IMG/VR virus record: IMGVR_UViG_3300035532_000260
DNA: 64,000 nt
Strand: one strand, 5' to 3'
Source: a virus
Numbering within the stretch: position 1 is the first letter of the stretch; each line of letters opens with the position of its first letter. Both the position numbers and the translations under genes were made by a program. A model generated the notes under the pieces. The model was given only the letters and a program-made list of their open reading frames with translations, did not search any database and had not been told where the DNA came from. Positions 46,396-54,953 of this stretch are shown here, in pieces.

Positions 46396-46511
46396 TTCTG
46401 GTTGGCTGAGGGTTTTTGCCGGGTGTATATGGGATATTTTGTTGTTTAGTGCGGGATCTATGATTTTATTGTCAGTTTTCTGAAAAGTGGATGAAATAAT
46501 GGCCTTATTTC

Positions 46512-46570
46512 AAGCTTCTGCAAGTATTTCCCATATAAAACCCCTCGGGGTGTTGTTCAAAGGCCTTAAA
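46512..46570. repeat. 59-bp element copy 2
   Basis: Matches 13672..13730. Confidence 0.85.
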
Positions 46571-46644
46571 CAGGCGCACACAGCCTCGTTTATTGTAAAC
46601 AAATCAAAAGGTTATGGGTGCAATCGATTGCAGTGGAGGAATGC

Positions 46645-46959
46645 ATGATTGGTGAAAGAAGGGAAGAGCGGGTGTTTTTTGTTCGCACATACGAGGATGA
46701 TGGGACGGTATCGTCTGCAGGTGATTGTCTTGAGCGGGATCTGTTCAAATTGTTGCAAGCTACTGCAGAGGAATCGACATTGGATGACCCACCTGCGTCA
46801 TTGGCGGAGATTCCTGATAAGGGGAAGTTTTTGTTTGGGGATGCGATCATTGGGAATGAGATTGGTTTCCCCAGGGTGACATGGTGTCCCAGTAATTTGC
46901 CACAGCGAGGAATCGGGTTTCTGTATCCGTTTGAGAGCGGAGGGAAGCGAGGGCATTGA
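46645..46959 (+). CDS. Hypothetical protein
   Basis: RBS GGAGG directly after a palindrome. Confidence 0.5.
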   Translation: MIGERREERVFFVRTYEDDGTVSSAGDCLERDLFKLLQATAEESTLDDPPASLAEIPDKGKFLFGDAIIGNEIGFPRVTWCPSNLPQRGIGFLYPFESGGKRGH

Positions 46960-46972
46960 TAGGAGGACAGGG

Positions 46973-47191
46973 ATGGTTGAGATCGAGATGTTGGTGAGAT
47001 GCTGGAGTTGTAGGAAGTGGTTTACGGCCGGGAGCCTCTCCGGTCAGTCTGTCTGCCCGAAATGTGGAGGAAGGCTTGGGGTCATGGTAACGCCGGCGTG
47101 GCTCGATCTCATACTGGAGTGGGATGGTGAACAGACGATACTGATAGGGAGGAATGGTGATGATCGAACTCGGGATGGTTATGCAGTGTAG
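46973..47191 (+). CDS. Small Zn-ribbon protein (paralog 1)
   Basis: CWSCRKWF...CPKCG. Confidence 0.6.
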   Translation: MVEIEMLVRCWSCRKWFTAGSLSGQSVCPKCGGRLGVMVTPAWLDLILEWDGEQTILIGRNGDDRTRDGYAV

Positions 47192-47357
47192 TGGTTGCAA
47201 GAAGTGGTTTACGAATGATTTGGTATCAAGCAACGTAATTTGTCCTGAATGCGGGGAGAAGATGGGATTTGTTGCCTCTCCCCGCTGGTTGGGTTTGATG
47301 CTTGAGCTGGACAGGCAGGATGATTTGGAAAAAGCAATGGAAGAAGAAATTTTTTGA
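47154..47357 (+). CDS. Small Zn-ribbon protein (paralog 2)
   Basis: CSGCKKWF...CPECG. Confidence 0.6.
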   Translation: MVMIELGMVMQCSGCKKWFTNDLVSSNVICPECGEKMGFVASPRWLGLMLELDRQDDLEKAMEEEIF

Positions 47358-47377
47358 AAAAACTTTGAAAAAAAATG

Positions 47378-47466
47378 AAAAACTTCTTGCATTCTTTTTG
47401 GTCTCCAGCAAGAAAGAAGTTAAGGGAAATAAGGCACTTAACTTCAAAACGGAGGAAAAAGAAATG
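47378..47466 (+). promoter_or_regulatory. Promoter-stem-loop-RBS cassette (copy C)
   Basis: Near-identical to copies A and B up to the ATG. Confidence 0.85.
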
Positions 47467-47688
47467 CGAATCGACAACACACAGTATCTCAACGCTCATG
47501 GTTGCAACCCTAAAGGCAAGGGTTTCTGGTTTTTTGATCTTCTGGGAACAGATGGTGAAGGTCGATATACTCGTGATACATTTTCCGGAAACGGGACGGT
47601 AGCCCAGGCTCGCAAACAGGCGGTTGCAGCATTCAAGCGGCAGGTGGGTGGGGTGAAGCAGGTTGTCGAGGCAGTCACTCTTCCTTAG
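47464..47688 (+). CDS. Hypothetical protein
   Basis: MRIDNTQY..HG..PKGKGFWFF. Confidence 0.65.
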   Translation: MRIDNTQYLNAHGCNPKGKGFWFFDLLGTDGEGRYTRDTFSGNGTVAQARKQAVAAFKRQVGGVKQVVEAVTLP

Positions 47689-47697
47689 TTTTTTCTC

Positions 47698-47738
47698 CCC
47701 CCTCTTAGGCGAAATGTTTGAGAGGGGTATTTTTTTTC
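47698..47738 (+). terminator. Intrinsic terminator
   Basis: CCCCTCT...AGAGGGG + TATTTTTTT. Confidence 0.7.
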
Positions 47739-47793
47739 GATTGGAGCATGTGTGATGCAATCGATTGCACAAACAATTTACAAGGAGCAGTGA

Positions 47794-48399
47794 ATGAACA
47801 TTGAATTGATGTATGTGACGCCTTTGGTTTTGGTGATGGATGGGATTCGTACATGCTGGAAGACAATAAACAAATCTGATTCAGAACGTGTCGGGGACGT
47901 CCTGGGGACGGCGGACGCCAATTTGTTACGAATGATAATCAAGAAAGATCACACGTCCACGCTTGAGCACAGTCTGGTCACGTACAGCGTAAGTGGTATT
48001 TCTCGGGCAGTCTTGCAGGAGGTTTCCCGGCATCGTGTGGGTGTCAGCCCGAGTGTTGAGAGCACGCGATACACCCTGGGAAGATTATTGGCGGGAGCCC
48101 GGCCGGAATCACTCATTGTCAGAACCGGGGATGTGGAGTTCGACGAATTTCTTGAAATGTATATGGGTGCGTTCCAAGAGTATTTGCAGACACACGATCT
48201 TCCGAACGATGTTGCGAAATATGGGATACCCGAGGCGTTCAAGACGAACCAGATTTTGACATTTAATTTCAGATCGCTTCGTCATTTTTACAAATTGCGA
48301 ACCAGCACCCGGGCATTGGCCGAGATCCGGGAATTGGCGCATACGCTTGTCAACATTTTACCTAGAAAATATCAGATTTTGTTTGAAGATTTGAAATAA
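47794..48399 (+). CDS. thyX: Flavin-dependent thymidylate synthase
   Basis: HTSTLEH, SRAVLQEVSRHR-x7-S.RY, NFRSLRHF..LR, EIRELA. Confidence 0.93.
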   Translation: MNIELMYVTPLVLVMDGIRTCWKTINKSDSERVGDVLGTADANLLRMIIKKDHTSTLEHSLVTYSVSGISRAVLQEVSRHRVGVSPSVESTRYTLGRLLAGARPESLIVRTGDVEFDEFLEMYMGAFQEYLQTHDLPNDVAKYGIPEAFKTNQILTFNFRSLRHFYKLRTSTRALAEIRELAHTLVNILPRKYQILFEDLK

Positions 48400-48457
48400 G
48401 TGCAATCGATTGCACAAATGCCCTTGACGTTTTTCTTGTTGTGACAATTACGAGGGC

Positions 48458-49054
48458 ATGAAAAGTCCAATTGTTCCGATTCTCAAATCTGACAGTTTGA
48501 GTGGGGGGATGCACTATGTGTATGGTGTAGTGTATTCCCCTTTACAAGTTGATTCGGATTGGGAGTCGATGACCGCCTCTGATATCCGCAAAATGGCGCA
48601 TGATTTCATCGCATCTGGGAAAGCGGGCCAGATCGACATGTACCATGAGACTGTTCCGTGTGGGGCGGAGGTAGTGGAATCGTTCATAGCACGAAAGGAT
48701 GACCCTGATTTTCCGGAAGGAGCCTGGGTGCTCGGCGTCCGCGTGGAGGAGGGTCCTGTATGGGATCTTATCCGAAAGGGTGAGCTGAATGGCTTTTCGG
48801 TTGATGCATTTGTTTCCAAGGTTCCCAAAAAGGTCATGGTTGATTTGGTCCAGATCTGCATGGGGGACACGGAGCTGAATGTAGATATTGAAAATGTCCG
48901 GCCCCACACGCACCAGTTTTATGTTGAATTTGACAGTCAGGGCCGGGTTAGTGCCGGATACACGGATGAGGTGGAGGGTCATACCCATTTAATTTATGGG
49001 ACTGTAGTAACGGAGTCTGCTGATGGGCACAATCACAGGTTTACGGTGGAGTAG
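48458..49054 (+). CDS. XkdF-like putative prohead protease
   Basis: YGVVYSP..VDS....MTASDIRKMAHDF, ESFIA, GAWVLG, GELNGFS. Confidence 0.8.
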   Translation: MKSPIVPILKSDSLSGGMHYVYGVVYSPLQVDSDWESMTASDIRKMAHDFIASGKAGQIDMYHETVPCGAEVVESFIARKDDPDFPEGAWVLGVRVEEGPVWDLIRKGELNGFSVDAFVSKVPKKVMVDLVQICMGDTELNVDIENVRPHTHQFYVEFDSQGRVSAGYTDEVEGHTHLIYGTVVTESADGHNHRFTVE

Positions 49055-50119
49055 ATGATAGTCGAAAAAGTACAGGAAGAGCGTGATGTCACGTTTTTGG
49101 TCAATCCGACGGCCTCCTTCGTAAGCCTGGTTCCTCGGGGTGCGAATCAAATTCCGTTTCGTATTGTCAAAAGTCAGAGAGGGGCAGAGATGAACACGAA
49201 AGTTTTGCATAAGTTGATCATTCCCAAGGATGTGGATGTGGAAGCGGTCAAGAAATCGTTTACGGAAGACACCCGGGATTTGTTGAATCTGGAAGATGGG
49301 ATTTGCTCGAACAAATTCCGGGTGTTTGAACAGTATCCCGCCAAGAAATGCCAGCAGGATACATTTGAAGTCGTGACACTGGACGAAGAGCTTGGTGTTA
49401 GGGCGATCCAGGCTAGTCCGGTGGAGGAGCCCAGCACGAATCTTATCAAGAAAATGTTTGTGAAGACGCCGGTTTCGGTGATCACGCTTGATAACGCTCC
49501 CGCCCTTGATGCGGAGGTCGTCAAGACGCAATACGTTGAAGGGCTTCATGAGGAGATTTGGGGCCTGTCGGATGCAGTGGCTGCAATAGCCGAGCAGGAA
49601 ATGGGTGAAGGGGCCGCCAAGCTGGAGGCGATCAAGACCGTAGTTGCCAATTTTCTGGCGTTTGTTGAAGAGGCGATCAATGTCACGAAGTCTGATCTTG
49701 TCATTCCTGCTCGGGCGGAGAAGGCGGATGATGCTGTTGTCGATGCCGCAGAAGATGCTGCAGATGCCGGTGGAGAAGCCGGTGGAGATGTTGCAGAAGA
49801 AAATGCAGAAGTCGGGGATGCAGTCGGAGAAGCTGTCGAGAAGGCGGAAAAAGCGGTTGCTGTTACTCCCCCGACTCTGGATGATGTTCTCGCCGTGTTG
49901 CGTGATGTAGTTACTCCGATTCAGAAAAGCGTTTCCGACCTTACTGAAACGGTTACCGGCCTGTCTGAGGGCATGGCGGGTCTGCAGGATCAGGTAGTTA
50001 AGGTTGAAAAGTCCATTCCAATTGTTGTGGATGGTGCACATGATGGCCATGTTGTTCGTAAATCCGAAACCCCGAACGGTGCAGATACCTTCCGCGGTAT
50101 TTTTGGACAGTTGGGATAA
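49055..50119 (+). CDS. Probable capsid scaffolding protein
   Basis: N-terminal VSLVPRGAN, acidic/Ala-rich coiled-coil C-terminus, directly before the MCP. Confidence 0.6.
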   Translation: MIVEKVQEERDVTFLVNPTASFVSLVPRGANQIPFRIVKSQRGAEMNTKVLHKLIIPKDVDVEAVKKSFTEDTRDLLNLEDGICSNKFRVFEQYPAKKCQQDTFEVVTLDEELGVRAIQASPVEEPSTNLIKKMFVKTPVSVITLDNAPALDAEVVKTQYVEGLHEEIWGLSDAVAAIAEQEMGEGAAKLEAIKTVVANFLAFVEEAINVTKSDLVIPARAEKADDAVVDAAEDAADAGGEAGGDVAEENAEVGDAVGEAVEKAEKAVAVTPPTLDDVLAVLRDVVTPIQKSVSDLTETVTGLSEGMAGLQDQVVKVEKSIPIVVDGAHDGHVVRKSETPNGADTFRGIFGQLG

Positions 50120-50146
50120 GAAAAAGGTCTCAGGAGGACAAAAATT

Positions 50147-51064
50147 ATGGGAAAGCCCGCAGTAAAGGATATCATTAAAAAGGCTGATATGACCGTTCAG
50201 GGTCTGATCGACAACGGTGGATATCTGCAGGAAGAGCAGGTCAAGACCTTTCTGAAAATGATGCAGGATCAGGATACGATTCTGAAAGGTGCTCGTCGCG
50301 TCAATATGAACTCGCATACCCGGGAAGTTTCCAAGCTTGGTTTCTCCTCCCGCATTCTGAATGCCGCCCCTGCCTCTGGCAATGCGCTGGATGCTGATAA
50401 GCGTGCGGCTCCCACGCCGGACAAGATCGAGATGGTGGCCAAGAAAACCATGGCCGAGGTCCATATTGATTACGAAACGCTGGAAGACAATATCGAGAAG
50501 GGCGGGATAGAGAACACCATCATGACCCTGATTGCGGAACGTGCCGCTGTTGACCTGGAAGAAATGTTCATCCGGGGTGATACGACTTCTGATGATCCGT
50601 TTCTCGCTCTGCATGATGGTATCCTGAAGCGTGTTACCACGAATCAGATTGATGCTGGTGGTCCTATCGGCAAGAATGTTTTCAAGAACGCGATCAAGGA
50701 ACTGCCCAAAAAGTATTTCCGCAATCGCAATCAGTTTCGTTTTTATGTCGATGACAACAACGAAACTGAATACCGGGATACCCTGGCAGATCGCCAGACC
50801 GCTCTCGGTGACGATGCCAGTCAGAATTACCGTCCGGTGAACGCATACGGTGTGCCGGTTGTTCCTGCTACCCTGATGCCTTCGACCAACGGTCTGCTGA
50901 CCCATCCCAAGAACCTGTTGTGGGGTGTGTATCGTGACATCATGATCGAGACTGACCGGGACATTCGTTCCCAGGTTCTGATCATTGTTCTGTCCATGCG
51001 TGTTGCGATTCAGATCGAGGAAGAGCAGGCTTGTGTTCTGATCAACGGCATTACTTCGGCGTAG
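50147..51064 (+). CDS. Major capsid protein (HK97 fold, XkdG-like)
   Basis: GGYLQEEQVKTF, E.LEDNIE, DLEEMFIRGD, G.PVV, NL.WG..RDI. Confidence 0.85.
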   Translation: MGKPAVKDIIKKADMTVQGLIDNGGYLQEEQVKTFLKMMQDQDTILKGARRVNMNSHTREVSKLGFSSRILNAAPASGNALDADKRAAPTPDKIEMVAKKTMAEVHIDYETLEDNIEKGGIENTIMTLIAERAAVDLEEMFIRGDTTSDDPFLALHDGILKRVTTNQIDAGGPIGKNVFKNAIKELPKKYFRNRNQFRFYVDDNNETEYRDTLADRQTALGDDASQNYRPVNAYGVPVVPATLMPSTNGLLTHPKNLLWGVYRDIMIETDRDIRSQVLIIVLSMRVAIQIEEEQACVLINGITSA

Positions 51065-51072
51065 TCTGCAAC

Positions 51073-51108
51073 GGCCTCCCGCCTTGTTGAAGGTTGGGAG
51101 GCCTTTAT
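51073..51108 (+). terminator. Terminator after MCP
   Basis: GGCCTCCC...GGGAGGCC + TTTAT. Confidence 0.7.
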
Positions 51109-51126
51109 CTGTAGGAGAAAAAGCTT

Positions 51127-51477
51127 ATGGCATTGACGACTATCAAGACGTTGACTGGTAATTTCGGGGAGGGTGGTGCCTGCCTGTCTGGCAAGGATCC
51201 CGATTCGCTGAGGGCCAATCTGGAAAATATTAAGGCTGTTGCCGCTGAATTGCAGGGGTTGTCGTTTGCATTGGTGAATGGTGCGGCCGCAGACACGGCG
51301 ATCACAGTCACTGGTATTACCGATGAAGATACCCTGAAGTTTGTCCTCGGTCTTGCCGAGGGTACGTTGTCTGATTTTACGGCTGATTTTGCCATTACGG
51401 CCGACGATGAAATCACAGCGGCGACGCAGGCCACAACCGGCAATCAGTTGCTGGTGATCTGGTACGACAAACAGTAA
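51127..51477 (+). CDS. Probable head decoration/structural protein
   Basis: 116 aa, Ala/Thr-rich, follows MCP. Confidence 0.5.
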   Translation: MALTTIKTLTGNFGEGGACLSGKDPDSLRANLENIKAVAAELQGLSFALVNGAAADTAITVTGITDEDTLKFVLGLAEGTLSDFTADFAITADDEITAATQATTGNQLLVIWYDKQ

Positions 51478-51512
51478 TCCGGTGCAATCGATTGCACTGA
51501 TGGAGAATTACC

Positions 51513-52115
51513 ATGCCTCTTGTGACTGGTATCGCTGACCCGCTCGCTGACAGCTACGTTTCTCTTGAGGAGGCCGCAGCTTATATTGCCGCGCGGGAGG
51601 GTTTTGGTGATGATTGGGGATCTTTGACAGAGGAGGCACAGGAGCTTCGGCTACGGCTCGCTGTTTTGTTTCTGGATAATCTGACTGCGTTTCGTGGCGT
51701 TGTGGCGACCCAAGCACAGGTGTTGGCGTTCCCCCGTTTGTATCCGCGTGATGCTTTATATATTGCCGGGGAAGCGGAGGATGAGATTCCATTTGTATCG
51801 TGGGAGGCCCTTACTGATTTTGCTGAATTGTTAGGTGTTACATCATTGCCGATAATTCCCACATTTATTAAGAATGCACAGTGTGAATTGGCGTATCAGG
51901 TAGTTCATTCGCATTTGTTGACCTTGGATCCGTTTGATCCCGGGGATGTCAATGTGACATCGGTTTCGATTGGTGGGAAGATTGATGTGGCATTGTCTTC
52001 CGCTACTGGCGGTGGCTCGTTGGGTTTGTTGACTCGGGATTCGGTTGACGCACTGTCTTTGGTGACCATGTATCTTCGTCCGTTCATGCAGAGAATGCGT
52101 GGGAGTTTGGTATAA
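51513..52115 (+). CDS. Head-tail connector/adaptor
   Basis: DSYVSLEEA.AY, LAFPR, IKNAQCELA; position. Confidence 0.65.
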   Translation: MPLVTGIADPLADSYVSLEEAAAYIAAREGFGDDWGSLTEEAQELRLRLAVLFLDNLTAFRGVVATQAQVLAFPRLYPRDALYIAGEAEDEIPFVSWEALTDFAELLGVTSLPIIPTFIKNAQCELAYQVVHSHLLTLDPFDPGDVNVTSVSIGGKIDVALSSATGGGSLGLLTRDSVDALSLVTMYLRPFMQRMRGSLV

Positions 52116-52501
52116 TGCCGGTGATTTCTGGGGCGATAACCCGTGCTTTGTCTTCGGTACTCCCGAAGTTGTTCAATGATCCACTTTTTCGGGTAAATTG
52201 TTCATACGTTCAGGTTACTGGTACCTCTTACGATGAAGCCACCGGTCGAAATGTAACACAGACCCGTTCGTTCGATTTGGTTTGTCTTTTATTGGCAGAC
52301 GGCATGTTTTTGACGAGTTCTGAAGAATCGAGTTTTCCCCGGCGGGAAGTTGTGTTGTTTGCGTATCAATCCTCGTTCCCTGAAGAGTTTACTTTGGCCG
52401 GGGTTTTGGATGATACGATTCTCATTGGTGGAGAAGAGTTGTCCATTATCGAAGCCGATCCCATCCTTGATGTGTTGTTCACGTTCAAACTGCAGCGGTA
52501 G
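52115..52501 (+). CDS. Head closure/neck protein
   Basis: Position; beta-rich ORF with YDEATG. Confidence 0.5.
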   Translation: MPVISGAITRALSSVLPKLFNDPLFRVNCSYVQVTGTSYDEATGRNVTQTRSFDLVCLLLADGMFLTSSEESSFPRREVVLFAYQSSFPEEFTLAGVLDDTILIGGEELSIIEADPILDVLFTFKLQR

Positions 52502-52506
52502 GCATT

Positions 52507-52956
52507 ATGCAAGAGCTTGCGTTTGAGGTTGATGAGACCTTGCTTGGAAGGATCCGTCAGCGATTGGGCGATGCCCCCGAGGATGTTAATAAGGGCATTT
52601 TTGAGCTGGCGGCGTACCTGAAAAAGACCATGCAGGCGGCTACTCCGGTTGGTATTGAGCCGAAGCCGTCTTCCGAGCGAGCAAAGAATAAATGGCAAGC
52701 ACCCGCTCCTTTTGGTTCGGGTGCTTTTGTAATTAAGAATACTGCTCCGTATGCGGTCACGCTTGATCGTGGTTATTATCCTGGGGTGGGGCCGCGAACC
52801 ATGCGGGCCAAGGATTTGATGGACGGGCATGATGGCATTTATTCCAAGCAGGCTCCAGGCGGGATGTATGGTTTGGGTGTTGCGGCCATGAATTTGGATA
52901 AAATGCTTGATTCGATTCTGGACAGAATTGAGGAGGGTTTCAGTGCCGACAAGTGA
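52507..52956 (+). CDS. HK97 gp10-like tail completion protein
   Basis: TPV, NTAPYAVTL..G, SKQAP.GM. Confidence 0.7.
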   Translation: MQELAFEVDETLLGRIRQRLGDAPEDVNKGIFELAAYLKKTMQAATPVGIEPKPSSERAKNKWQAPAPFGSGAFVIKNTAPYAVTLDRGYYPGVGPRTMRAKDLMDGHDGIYSKQAPGGMYGLGVAAMNLDKMLDSILDRIEEGFSADK

Positions 52957-53407
52957 AGTCGGGATACGTGAGCGTATCCTGCGTGATATAACTCGACGAT
53001 TGTGGGGGATCAAGGAGGATGCTGGATTTCCGCTTTCTGTTGCGGTTGTTCGCAGAAATCCTGAAAGTCCTAGTCATAATTACCCTGCTGTCCATTTGTT
53101 TGAGATGGAGGACATAGTTGTTGATCCTGACCACACGGGCGGGCATTCTCACCAGCGACGTTTTCAGTTATTGCTTGAGTTTTGGGTACGGGTTGCTCAT
53201 AAAGATGATGCATCAATCATGGTGCGGTCCTTGTATGATGCGATCCGGTGGGCGTTATTGTGTGACAAGGGGCGGATGGGAGGTTTGTGCCGTATGCTTG
53301 AGGTACAGGCATCCCGGATTGTGAAGCCAAAATTTGGTGATGTCCTTATTGCAGGGCAGGGTGTGACGTTTGACATTTTGTATGTCGATAAAATTATTCG
53401 ACCATAG
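52943..53407 (+). CDS. Tail terminator
   Basis: YPAVHLFE, position before tail tube; GTG start inferred. Confidence 0.55.
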   Translation: MPTSEVGIRERILRDITRRLWGIKEDAGFPLSVAVVRRNPESPSHNYPAVHLFEMEDIVVDPDHTGGHSHQRRFQLLLEFWVRVAHKDDASIMVRSLYDAIRWALLCDKGRMGGLCRMLEVQASRIVKPKFGDVLIAGQGVTFDILYVDKIIRP

Positions 53408-53416
53408 GAGCAGATT

Positions 53417-54385
53417 ATGCTAGCATCTCCGAGTGTAGAAAACTATTTGTATGGCAAAGGTGAGTTGTTCTTCAAGAAAGATGGTGAGTCCAATTTTGTT
53501 CATCTCGGCAACGCTCCCGCATTTGGGATCAATGTTGCGTTGGAGAAAACCGAGCATTATTCCAGTATGTCTGGGACCAAAGAGAAGGATTTGTCCAAGG
53601 TAATTCAGAAGACTGCGACATCTTCGATCACGCTGGAAGAATTTTCGTCCTCTAACCTGAATATCGCTTTTTTGGGGGATGGTGTTTCTGCCACGGTTCA
53701 GTCGGCCGGAAACAGCGATAGTGTTACCGTATCGGTTGTTGATGATGAGTATATTGAACTTGGGAAGATGGGTGTATTTATCACCAAGTTGTTTCATGCT
53801 TCGGTGACTGACGGCCCTTTTTCTGTTGGTGAAACGGTTACTGGTGGAACGTCTTCCGCCACAGGCGAGGTTGCCTTCGTTGGTAGCGGTTATTTGGATG
53901 TGATCAATGTTTCTGGCACGTTTGAGACAAACGAGGCAATTACTGGTGGGACGTCTCTCGGCTCTGCCTCTTTGGTCGCCGTAAATGAGGAGCCTGATGT
54001 TGTCGTCACGGACTCCGAGGGTACGACTCGTTATGTTTTGGGCACGGATTATCGGTTGTCTGCTCCTGCCGGTATGCTCATGGTCATGTCTTCTGGTTCC
54101 ATTGATGCCGCGTCTGTCAAAGTTTCGTTTGATTATCCTGAAAAGAATATGCAGTCGATCAATGCGTTGGCGAATTCCTCTTGTCAGGGTCACCTTCGGT
54201 TTGTTGGCAACCCTGATATTGGGCCGAAGATGATCATTGATGTGTGGAAGGCATCATTGACTATTTCTGGGGAAGTGGCATTTATAGGTGAAGATGCATC
54301 TTCGTTTCCCATCGAGGGTGAATTTTTGTCTGATGCCGTGAACCACCCGAGTTGCCCGATTTTCAAGGTAGTTCGTTTCGATTAA
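53417..54385 (+). CDS. Major tail (tube) protein
   Basis: YLYGKGELF, HLGNAP.F, EH.SSM.G, NP.GP; no sheath gene nearby. Confidence 0.8.
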   Translation: MLASPSVENYLYGKGELFFKKDGESNFVHLGNAPAFGINVALEKTEHYSSMSGTKEKDLSKVIQKTATSSITLEEFSSSNLNIAFLGDGVSATVQSAGNSDSVTVSVVDDEYIELGKMGVFITKLFHASVTDGPFSVGETVTGGTSSATGEVAFVGSGYLDVINVSGTFETNEAITGGTSLGSASLVAVNEEPDVVVTDSEGTTRYVLGTDYRLSAPAGMLMVMSSGSIDAASVKVSFDYPEKNMQSINALANSSCQGHLRFVGNPDIGPKMIIDVWKASLTISGEVAFIGEDASSFPIEGEFLSDAVNHPSCPIFKVVRFD

Positions 54386-54460
54386 CCGACAATGCACTGC
54401 GGAGGAGGGTAGGTGGTTGCTGCCTCCGCAGTGCAATCAATTGCACACAAGAGGCAAGGT

Positions 54461-54847
54461 ATGCGGAAGAATAAAGTTTTTAAGATCGATGACAAGGAAT
54501 TTACGATGAAGGAGTTGCGTATTACTGACATCATCGAGCTTGGTGACGTATTGAAAGATTTTTCCCTGGAGGGATTTGTAGATCGCATTGCGGAGTTTTT
54601 ACCCCGGGTGACTGACATTACTTTTTCCGACATGGTTGAAATGGCCCCGAGCGAACTGGAGACGGTATATGAGACGTTTAAGGAGGTAAACGCCTCTTTT
54701 TTCTCGATAGGGAAAAGGCTGGGAATGGCGGATCTTCTCGCACAGATCAAGAAGTCGATGATTGCAGATTTTTCGCAGGCCTTTTCCGTCTCATTGAAGC
54801 AGGCCACAGCCACGCATGGGAATACGGGTATTCCGTCTATACAATAG
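54461..54847 (+). CDS. Tail assembly chaperone (gpG-like) with probable -1 frameshift extension ending at 54957
   Basis: EVNASFF; heptamer T-TTT-TTC at 54697..54703; the -1 frame stays open, encoding LIEAGHSHAWEYGYS, until TGA 54955..54957. Confidence 0.7.
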   Translation: MRKNKVFKIDDKEFTMKELRITDIIELGDVLKDFSLEGFVDRIAEFLPRVTDITFSDMVEMAPSELETVYETFKEVNASFFSIGKRLGMADLLAQIKKSMIADFSQAFSVSLKQATATHGNTGIPSIQ

Positions 54848-54953
54848 CATTGGAAGAGCATGCATCATTGGAGCATGAGCGTCTTCGTGTTTTTGCAACC
54901 GCATTTCGTGTAGCACAGAATGCAACCAATGAAGATTGGAGTAAATTTATCTC

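Noticed and set aside
48989-50905. 638-aa minus-strand ORF
   Set aside because: Antisense shadow of the scaffold and capsid genes; no motifs or RBS
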